DNA of 64,000 bases from Neocallimastix sp. 'constans'. Its lineage: Eukaryota. The notes beneath the pieces were generated by a model. That model saw only the letters and a program-made list of their open reading frames with translations. It had not been told where the DNA came from and searched no databases. The position numbers and the translations under genes are program-made. Below, in pieces: positions 53,160 to 64,000 of this stretch. Position 1 is the first letter of the stretch; every line of letters begins with the position of its first letter. Location of the stretch: NCBI GenBank assembly GCA_050613775.1, contig JBODTK010000144.1, positions 186,001 through 250,000 of the forward strand, given 5' to 3'.

Positions 53160-56100
53160 TTTGTATTATATATAATTCTAATATACAAATAAAATTATTA
53201 ATAAAATAATATTAAATTATATATTATTTTTATTACAATAAAATATTTACATACTTACTTTTTTAAAATTAAATTATTAATTTGTTTTTTTTTTTTTTGT
53301 TTTTGTTTTTTGTTTTTTGTTTTTTGTTTTTTTTCTAAATCTTATATTTATATTATTATATATATTTATTATTATTATACTTTATTATATATATATTTTT
53401 CTTTTTTTCAATGTATTTTATATATTTTTAAATTTCTATATTTTATTTTATACTTTTTTCTTTTTCTATTTTTTTTAATTGTGTATTTATTTTATATTAT
53501 TATTATTATTAATTTCAAATTATTTTATATTATTATTATTATTATTATTATTAATTTCAATTATTTTATACCTTACTTATATAAATTAAATAAATATATA
53601 TATATAGAATATAATAAAATTTTTTATATCTTAATATTTAGTATTTTACTTAATAATTTTATATAAACTATATAAAATATTGATTAAATTTTGTTAATTT
53701 TTATTAAATAATTTTAGTATTATTTGCTATTTTAATAATTTCATGTATTGTCTTATTTTTAGTTTTCTAGCAAATACTTCGAAATTACTAAAACAGAGTT
53801 ACTATTTTTCGATTTTTTTAGTCAAATTATTATAATTGTTATTTCATTACAGATACTTTGAAATTCTTTTCAATTTATTTTTAATATTCTGTAATATTTT
53901 TTCTGTTATTATGTTATTATAATATTTCAAATTTTTAAATAGTAATAAAAAATTAATAAACCAATTTTAAAATTTATTTAATATAAAATTATTTATATAT
54001 TATATTTTATTTTATACATACCTTATATGTTTTTAAGGATATAATGTATTTACATTATTCACTTACATTTTATAACAAAAATAATAATAATAATAATACA
54101 GAATTTTTTAAATTTGTTTTATTTTTTTTATATCAATTTATATCTTTATTTCTTTTTTTTTTTTTTTATCAATTATTGTTGTTTATTGATATTATTATTT
54201 TGTCCTTTTATTATTTCACTTTATTATATTATTATATTATTTGATTTTATTTATAATTAAAGAAAAAAATACAATAATATAATTCAATTTCTTAATTTAA
54301 TTTTATATTTTTATATTTTTTTCTCTTTAATTTTTATAATACTGTTTTAAAATATTATTGATTTATTTTCAATTGTTTAAAAAAACAAATTTATTTTCCT
54401 TCTGTGAGAATTATATATTAATATATAAGATTAGTTTTTTATCCTACTTTAGAATAATTATCATTTACTTATTAATAATAAAACTAAAAATAAATATACG
54501 TTTTATTTATTATATTTCCATTTAAAATGACAATATTTTTTAAAATTCTAATTTATATATAAATACACAAAAATATGATTATGATTATATTCACAATTAT
54601 ATTAAATATAAAATCAATTTTTATGTTTAAGTAAAAAGAAAAACAAAAAATAAAATAAAATAAGAATAAACAAAAATAAGAATAAAAATATAACTAAAAA
54701 ATAATTATATATTTATTCTTTCGAATAATTTGTTGGTAAATATAAATTATTTGTAATATATTATTTCATTAAATTATGATATTATTATAAATGACATATA
54801 TAAATATATTGTTTTATAAAATATTTATAAAAACTATAGTTGTAATTATATTAAATATTTGATATATCAATATCTTCTATTTATTTGTGTAATATAATAT
54901 TAATTTAATAGAGTTATTCTTTTATTATTATTAATATTATTGTTTACATCAGCATATTTTTTTAAATAATGTTTTTCAAAATATTATAAAATTATTATTT
55001 ATTTATTTATTTATTTACTCATTCATTCATTCATTTATTCATTTTATTATTATTTTTATTAAAATTTTTATTACAATTAATAATTATATTTATAAATTAT
55101 ATTTAATATGTTAATATAAATATTTTAAATGATCAAGGAATAATATTAATATAAATTAATTTAATATTTATTATATTGATCAATATATTTAATAAAATTC
55201 ATATAATAGAAAGTAATAAAATCAAATAAAATAAAAAAGTATTAATAAAAATTTATATTTCATATTGAAAATAATACAAGGTTATTATATTTTTCAATAT
55301 ACAATATGTTAATTATAACTTGTTGATTGTAAATAATTTTATATAGATTGTATAAATTGATTCTAAAAATATAACATTGGAAAATATATTTTTTTAGATT
55401 AACTTTCAATTTAATTTTAATATATCATTTATTCAAACTATATTAATAATTATTCTATTAATATATTAAATAATAAATTAAAATTATATTTAATAATTTA
55501 TTGAGAAAAAAAAAAAGGAAAAAGATTAACACCACCATAATTTCAATAGCACTACATTGATACCTAAGAATATAACACATAGTAAGTTACATGTAATATA
55601 ATTATTATGTAGGAATTAAAGTTTTGATTTCCATTGTTTCACGTTAATAAAAAAAAATAATTAATAAATAAACAGAAAAAATAGAAAAGTAACGATACAT
55701 AGATATTAGTATCAAAGAAATAAAATAAGTCTAGATTAACATTTTAAATATTTAACATGCTAGTATAATAATTTATATAATTTTAAAATTTATATAATAT
55801 TTTTTCAAATCTGTTAATAAAATATTCAAATATAATTTAAATATGAATAATAAACAAATTATTACATTGTTTTTAAATAATAAATTAAAATAGTAAAGTA
55901 ATCACGTTAATTATTATTCTATTATTCAAAATTTTAATATTTAATAATGTGAATAAAAAAAAATAATATTGTTTGATTATTATTGGAATGCATTATTAAA
56001 AGTATAGAAATTAAACAAATTTATATATATTTATATATGTAATGTAAATAATATCATAATACGACTATTTAACAGAATGTATAAAAATAGTTAATCATTA

Positions 56101-56573
56101 ACAATATTACTTAGATACTTAAATAAAGTTTTTAAAATTAAAGTTAATTATTATTGTGCATCTAATTTATAACCATTTAAAACTAAAATCTAAAAAGGTA
56201 TTTGATATAAACATTTTTAAAAATAAAGTTAAGATTAAAAAAAAATTATAAATTATTATAATTTTAATTTTTCTTCATTTAACATTCTGCTAAAGCACAG
56301 AAAGATATATAAATTCTTAATTTTCTATAATATGCTAAATAATATTGAAACATCCATTTTTTTTTGTGGAGAAAATACAAATAATTAATATAAAATAAAT
56401 AAAATTTTTATCGATATTATTCAAATTTCGTTATAAAATGGAAGTAAAGAAAATTAAGCTTTTTCTCTTATTCAATCTTGTAAATAATCAGCTTAATTAT
56501 ATATACGTTTATTAATTATTTTTTATTTTCATCTATACATATTTAAGGAGCGTTAATGTTGAAAATGTAATAA

Positions 56574-57064
<491 letters not shown>

Positions 57065-57724
57065 TTATAATATTTTTTTTTATTTTTGTTATTTTCTATT
57101 CACTTCTTATTGGCATATAAAATAGTACAAATTGTTTTTCTATTCACTTCTTATTGGCATATAAGCTAGTACAAATTATTTAATATATAATTCAATATAT
57201 CAATTTATATTAGTATTTCCAAATAAATTAAATGACCGTAAGTTAAACTATAAAAAATACAAAAATTAAATTAACCAATAGTTATTAAGATAATTTCTTT
57301 ATATTTTTAATTATAAAAATTACTTTAAATAGAAATAGAACAAAAAAGTTAATGTTTAATTAATTAAAATTTTTAAATTTATTTATATTTTTAATTAGAA
57401 AATTACTTTAAATAGAAAAAAAATTAAAATAAAAATAAATTATTAATATTAAATTACAATTTTAACTTTATATTTAATATTTTATGTATATAATATTTTA
57501 TATTTCATATTTCATATTTTATATTTTATATTTTATATTTTATATTTTATATTTTATATTTTATATTTTATATTTTATATTTTATATTTTATATTTTATA
57601 TTTTATATTTTATATTCTATAATATTTATAAATAATAATTATTTTATATTTAATATATAATAGTTCTTTTTGTTAAAAATTTATTGTAATCAAAATTAAT
57701 TTTATTATAATATTAAAAATATCA

Positions 57725-58339
57725 TATTTGCAGAAAATAATAAATAAAAAATTAATAAATACTGTTGAAAGTTTACTATATTTGGCTATATATAATATAT
57801 CAATATTAATGTAGATAATAAGACAACTATCTATAATAGCAAGAATGGAAATGTAAATCCTAAAACTAGACACATAGATTTAAGATATCATAGAATAATA
57901 GAATTAACAAAAGAAGGAAAAATCAAATTTGAATATGTCAATATTAAACTTATGGGGGAATGTTAGAAATAAGTTTAATATTAAGATATATATTATTTTA
58001 ATATAAATAAATATAAAATAAATTTTATTATTATTAAGATTATATCTAATTATAAAATTAATGTATAATCATTGTAGCATATTAGTTCTATATGATATAT
58101 TTGTTTAAGAATATGTAAATTATAAATATTTTATTTATTACAGATGCTTCCAATATAATAAACGTTTAAAATTATAAGTTTAAGCAAATTTCTAAGATAT
58201 ATATATTATAAAATAATGAAATATAAATATAATAAAGATATATATTTTAATTTATCTTTTTTTAGTTCTTTGTTTTTTTATATTGTTTTTTGTTTTTTTT
58301 ATAATTTTTTTTTCTCATTAAATTTATTTTTTTTTAACA
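57725..58339 (+). mobile_element. Ty1/copia LTR retrotransposon remnant: RT/RNase H fragments, PPT and 3' LTR
   Basis: VESLLYLAI (RT region) and INVDNKTTI..NPKTRHIDLRYHRIIELTKEGKIKFEYV (copia RNase H). Purine tract GGGGGAA at 57954-57960 is directly followed by TGTTA; candidate LTR end TAACA at 58335-58339. Confidence 0.85.
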
Positions 58340-58435
58340 TTAAATACAATTATATAATACAGAAAAACAATATAAAGTATATTATATAAAATTTTATATC
58401 ATATTTTTTTTTCTTTTTTTAATTATTCTTTCAAT

Positions 58436-59110
58436 AATGAATAGCTAATAGGTATATTTGGCGAACAGCCAACAAATTACTATCATCACTAATACCTAAA
58501 GAACCAACAGCTTGTTGTCTATTTAAAGATTGAATTTTTATTAGCATAGAAGTTGTCAATAAATAAGAAATAGATTCATTTTAATCATTTGTAATTTTAA
58601 TATCATATCTTTCTTCATTACTACCACAGTATTTTTCAGTTTCATCAAAAGTTTCGTCATCTTCAGTATCTAAATTAAAATATTGATTTATTATTAATTT
58701 ATTTATAAATTTATTTATCTTAAAACAAATATAATAATTTATTTTTTATTTCGTATATTGTTATTACAACATTTTATTATTTCGATATATCTTAATATTT
58801 AATGTACATAATACAATATAATATATAAAATAATATAAATATACAATATTATATGAATAAATGATAATTAAAAAAGTCCTCACCATCAATCTTAAATAAT
58901 AAATTATCGTCCTTACGTTTAATTTTATATTCATCATATGAATTTATATAATCACCAAATCAAAGTAATTTGTCATCAATTATCTTTGATTTATTATTAT
59001 TTAATTTTATATTCATCATATGAATTTATATAATCACCAAAACGAAGTAATTTGTCATCAATTATCTTTGAATTATTATTATTTAATATTCCAAGTTCAT
59101 TATCCATATT
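58436..59110 (-). pseudogene. Decayed two-exon gene fragment of unknown identity
   Basis: Minus-strand coding-like segments MDNELGILNNNNSKIIDDKLLRFGDYINSYDEYKIK (duplicated, second copy with TGA), then a GTGAGG donor ~58883, then DTEDDETFDETEKYCG..(TAA)..QAVGSLGISDDSNLLAV. Confidence 0.45.
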
Positions 59111-59467
59111 TTCATTTAAAATATAATTTAATTAAGTATGAAATTGGGAATTAAATAAGATAAAACTTTACAATAAAACTTGAAATCTACATTCTTTTTT
59201 TTTTTTTTTTTTTTTAATGGTTTTTATTTTAAATATTATTTTCAAATATATTATTTATTTTACATAAATAATATATATACTTTGATTTGTTTATATTCTT
59301 CTCATTTTATTATTATTTTTTTTTTTTTTTTTTTTGATTTTTGATTTGATTCTATTAAATTTATATTATTTTAAAACTTACACAATAAATTAAATAAAAA
59401 AAAATAAATAATCTTTATTTCGAAAATATTTTATTATTATTTTTTTTTTCTTGTTATTTTTTTTTAC

Positions 59468-59997
59468 TTTTTATGTACCAAATATATTATTACTGTTTTT
59501 TTAAAATAACCATTATACATATATATATTTAAAAGAATAATTATTATAAAACTAAAAAGAATAATAAAAATTTCTTTTATGTACCAAATATATTATTACT
59601 GTTTTTTTAAAATAACCATTATACATATATATATTTAAAAGAATAATTATTATAAAACTAAAAAGAATAATAAAAATTTCTTTTATGTACCAAATATATT
59701 ATTACTGTTTTTTTAAAATAACCATTATACATATATATATTTAAAAGAATAATTATTATAAAACTAAAAAGAATAATAAAAATTTCTTTTATGTACCAAA
59801 TATATTATTACTGTTTTTTTAAAATAACCATTATATATATATATTTAAAAGAATAATTATTATAAAACTAAAAAGAATAATAAAAAATTCTTTTATGTAC
59901 CAAATATATTATTACTGTTTTTTTAAAATAACCATTATACATATATATATTTAAAAGAATAATTATTATAAAACTAAAAAGAATAATAAAAATTTCT
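59468..59997. repeat. Tandem array, ~106 bp unit x5
   Basis: Unit ttttatgtaccaaatatattattactgtttttttaaaataaccattatac...aaaagaataataaaaatttc repeated five times almost identically. Confidence 0.95.
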
Positions 59998-60127
59998 AAT
60001 TTTTATTATTATTTTTTTAATATTAATTAGTAATTAGTATTAAAAAAAGAATACAGAAAATAAAAAAAATTCAAAATTATGAAAAAAATAAATATAATAT
60101 ATTATTAAATATAAAAATAGGAATATA

Positions 60128-60963
60128 GGATCGTGCATTTCGTGATGTGGCGTATAATTTTTTAAATAAACCCAAACATTTTTAAGATATCATAAATAAA
60201 TATATAAATAATTATGAATGTGGTCCAAAACGCCAATTTTTTTTGAAATTTTAATAAGCCATCTATTTATTTGTGGCTTTTAAATGTTTTTATTATTAAT
60301 ATTTATAATTAATTTTATTAATAATTGTTTAAATATTTTATTAATATTTTTTAAATAAATAAATCTATATAATTGTTAAAGTATTTTATTAATATTTTTT
60401 TTAAATAAATAAATCTATATAATTGTTAAAGTATTTTATTAATATTTTTTTAAATAAATAAATCTATATAATTGTTAAAGTATTTTATTAATATTTTTTT
60501 TTTTTTTACAAAAAATAAGCCTTTTAATTGTTTGAATATTTTATTTTATTTTTTTTTTTTTGTAAAAAAATATTTATTTATTTTTATCTAACCATTATAA
60601 TTTATTTAATTATTTACTTAAGAAAAAATACAAATTAATAATACAACAAAAGTATCATATAACTATTAATTTAAAAAGCCTCAAGTGTTGATATATCACG
60701 TGAAATTGGCGTTTTGGACCTCTCCCATAATTATTATTTTAAAAGAAATAATAATATATTTTTTCAATTAAATATTATTAAATAACTATTTCCAAAGAAA
60801 TAATAATATATTCTATTAAAAAAGAATTATTAAAAAGTATTTTTATAATTGAATATTAATAAATTATATACATAAAAAAAGAATATTTATTATTTATTTA
60901 ATTATTATTTATTTGATTATTAAAAAAAGCCACATATAAAATGTGCCACATTACGAAATGTAC
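60128..60963 (+). mobile_element. MITE (TIR GTGCATTTCGTGATGTGGC / GCCACATTACGAAATGTAC) interrupted by a nested MITE
   Basis: Inverted termini match at 17/19 positions. Flanking internal sequence is homologous to 10105-10360. Confidence 0.8.
60216..60726. mobile_element. Nested MITE with TIR core GGTCCAAAACGCCAATTT
   Basis: Exact 18-bp inverted repeat at 60222-60239 and 60703-60720. Direct repeat ATAATTAT at 60208-60215 and 60727-60734. Internal ~50 bp tandem repeat x3. Confidence 0.85.
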
Positions 60964-61870
60964 TATTACTAAACGCACTAGATTCATTTTATTAAAATAA
61001 ATTATATTATATATTAGATGGTATATATTATAAAATATATAATATAACATAATATTTAATATATTTTAAATAACTAAACATCGCTATAATAAAATTAGTT
61101 TTTGTTTAAAATTTTATATATTACTACTTTTGATTAATACTAAAATTATTCATAATAATTAAATTTTGATGATTAAAAAAAAACTATTTTTTTTCTTTTT
61201 AGTAGGATAAAAACTATAAAAATTTAATGTTGGATTTATAATGAATAAATCGAATTGAATGGAGAAACCAAATAATTAATATTAATATATATTTAATTTA
61301 TTAGATTTAACTATAAATTAATAAACTTTAATATATACAGTAATGAAGCAATAATGATTAGTATAATTATAAATTTTTTATTCAATATTTATTTTCTTTT
61401 ATTTTGGAAAAATACTCTTCAAAAGATTAGGTATTATAATTTTAGTACAAAAATTTTAAAGAAAATTACTAATTATTCTACAATAAAGCTAATTTCATTT
61501 ATTTGATTTACTAAACATAAATATTTATATATAATTCAAATTTTAATAAAAAAATTTATATAGTTATTAGTATTTTGATATCAATAACCATTTCTTATTG
61601 ATACATTATGGTTTATTTTACAACAGACAAGTTTCAAATTCAATATTTTTTTTTTGATATTTTTTTTTCAATTTTTAATAAAATTGTATTTATATATATT
61701 TTATATATAATTATAAAAGTTTATTTCATAATAAAACTATTACAATATAATGAAAAAAAAAATAGTATTTAAACTGAATCATATATAAACAATTTTTTAT
61801 AATTAATATAATAGTTTTGAATCAAATCTAATAATTAATTTATTATGCCTTAATTATTTATATAATTTTT

Positions 61871-61901
<31 letters not shown>

Positions 61902-62169
61902 TATTTTTATTTTTATAATATTATATGTACAATTTTTACTATTTCTTATATAATAATGTTTTTGTTATATATTTATTTTTGGATATAATAAAATTTTATT
62001 ATTTCATTTTCAAACAAATATATTTTTCTTTGATTTGTTATTATAATTTAATGCTTATAATCAAATAACTAAATTGAATTAACATTCGTAAAATCAAAAA
62101 TTTAATGATTTTTTATTTTTTATATATTAATTTATAATTATTAAATTTAAATAATAAATATTTAAATTA

Positions 62170-62808
62170 AAATTTGTTAATATGTATGTATATTTTACTT
62201 CATTCCAAAAAAAATTATATAAAAAAAATATTCTTATATATATATTTTTTTATATTTTAATAAAATTATTCAAAATCATACTTTTTAATATTTCATATTC
62301 ATTATTAGTGTTTATATATATATATTTTACAAAGATAAATAATAAATTTAATTATTAAAATATTATTATAACTCAATTTTATCTTTAAAATATATATATA
62401 TATATTAATTTTACTCTATATTTTACTAATATTATATTAATAAGTTAAGATATATTTATAATTCTATCAAAATCAAAATTTTTTTGATTTTAAAAGAAAT
62501 TTATATGAGGAAATTTCTTTGATGAAAAATACCATTCAAACCATTTCTCTATTTTTTATATTTAATATTTTAATATATAAATATATAAATAATCAGAATA
62601 ACTTTAATAAAAATTATTTAATCATTTTATAAAATTAAAATTCGTAAATATTCATATATTTATTTCATTCCAAAAAATTTATATAAAAAAAATCATTCCT
62701 ATTTTTTTTATATTGAAATAAAAATTATTCAAAATCATTCTTATTAATATTATAAAAAATTTCATGTATTTTTTAAAAAATATATTATTAAATAAAGTTT
62801 ATTCCTAG

Positions 62809-62856
<48 letters not shown>

Positions 62857-63010
62857 TATAAATATGTTATATTAATAACTTAATTATATATATTATTAAT
62901 AATAAATGATTCTATCAAAATCAAATTTTTTTGATTTTTAAAAGAAATCTATATGTACCATTCAAACCATTTCTGTATTTCTGTATTTTTTAATCATATT
63001 ATAAAATTAA
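62170..63010. repeat. Diverged tandem duplication, ~450-470 bp unit
   Basis: ttcattccaaaaaa..aaattattcaaaatcat at ~62200 and ~62665; attctatcaaaatcaaa..ttttgatttt..accattcaaaccatttct at ~62461 and ~62909. Confidence 0.75.
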
Positions 63011-63862
63011 TTCCTAAGATTTCCTTATAATTTTAAATAATAAATATGCTTTTTTAATTATATATTCTATCTATGTAATATTAAAAATATGGTAGTTGCT
63101 AATATATTTAATAAATAAATTTTTTTTAAAATCATTATTTAATTTTTTTTAAAATTTTTTTTGAAAAGTTAATTGATATATATTAAATATATTGCAAGTA
63201 TATTTTATATATTATTAAATTTTGAGATAGAAAATAACAAATCATAAAAAAGTAAAACTATTATAAATTTTAATAAATATATATTTATTAACTATTTTAC
63301 TGAATCTCACAACATTTATTAATAAATTAATAAATGATATATATTTGTAATTAGATAAAAAACATAATTTATATATATATGTATATATATAGTTATTAAT
63401 AATTAATCAACCATTGATAATTATTAAATTAATATATATATATATTTTTATTATTTATATAAACATAAAGTTTCATCTCTTGAATAAAATAATTTAGAAA
63501 TTTTCATTAAATTTGAATAATCCAAAATTGAAAATTTTAATTTTAAAAAAGTTTTTTAAAAATAAGTAAAGATATAAGTAAAATTCTAATAATAAAATAG
63601 TTTAAATAATTTTTATATTTAATCTTTAAAAGTAAAGTGATTTTTTAAAAAATAAAAATAAAAATAAAAATAAAAATAAAAATAAAAATAATAAATATAT
63701 TAATAAAAATAGTGGGGAAAATAATTCTTTAAAAAATATAATTATATATATATTTTTTATTTTTTATTTTATTTTATTTATTTATTTATTTTTTTATTTT
63801 CATTTTGTTAAAAAAATAAATTTTTAGAATTCCAATTATTGTTATTATTAATTTATTTAAAT

Positions 63863-63952
63863 ATGCATTCTAATTCACCAAACACTATTAAAGAAACCCT
63901 TAATGCACAATATGAACAAAATGATGAGGGTGAAATCCAACTGAATAACTAT
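63863..63952 (+). CDS. Probable first exon of a CaMKK/Ssp1-like protein kinase (continues beyond window)
   Basis: MHSNSPNTIKETLNAQYEQNDEGEIQLNNY followed by a GTATGA donor. KETLNA...(I/L)N(Q/N)Y resembles the pre-kinase segment of fungal CaMKK; the kinase domain is not in the window. Confidence 0.45.
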
Positions 63953-64000
63953 GTATGATATATATATATTAAAAAAATAATAATAAATAAAGAAAGAAAA

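Overview
Extremely AT-rich, intron-rich eukaryotic DNA. The AAT/poly-A microsatellites, GT-AG introns, fungal-type genes (SET2 with WW/SRI, BZZ1, PFA4-like) and axonemal dynein genes point to a zoosporic fungus, most likely an anaerobic gut fungus (Neocallimastigomycota); this assignment is inference. Gene order: NOT1 3' end (+), SET2 (-), HSF-type transcription factor (-), SET/Rubisco-LSMT-type methyltransferase (-), WDR63/IC140 dynein intermediate chain (-), DHHC palmitoyltransferase (-), DNAI1 dynein intermediate chain (+), EFCAB5-like (-), a decayed BZZ1-like pseudogene (+), a long low-complexity protein with a SERTA-like N-terminal motif (-), an ~10 kb repeat-rich gene desert, and a probable first exon of a CaMKK-like kinase at the right edge. 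Intergenic DNA holds a set of small mobile elements. Two GC-enriched poly-A retroposed inserts are made of serial hairpins and share a 3' CCCAT..TGGGG stem-loop. There is also a Mutator-like foldback MITE with a perfect 9-bp TSD, a MITE nested in another MITE with an uninterrupted copy elsewhere in the window, a 3-copy dispersed MITE family, and a Ty1/copia remnant with PPT and LTR. Exon boundaries were read by eye and no database searches were run.
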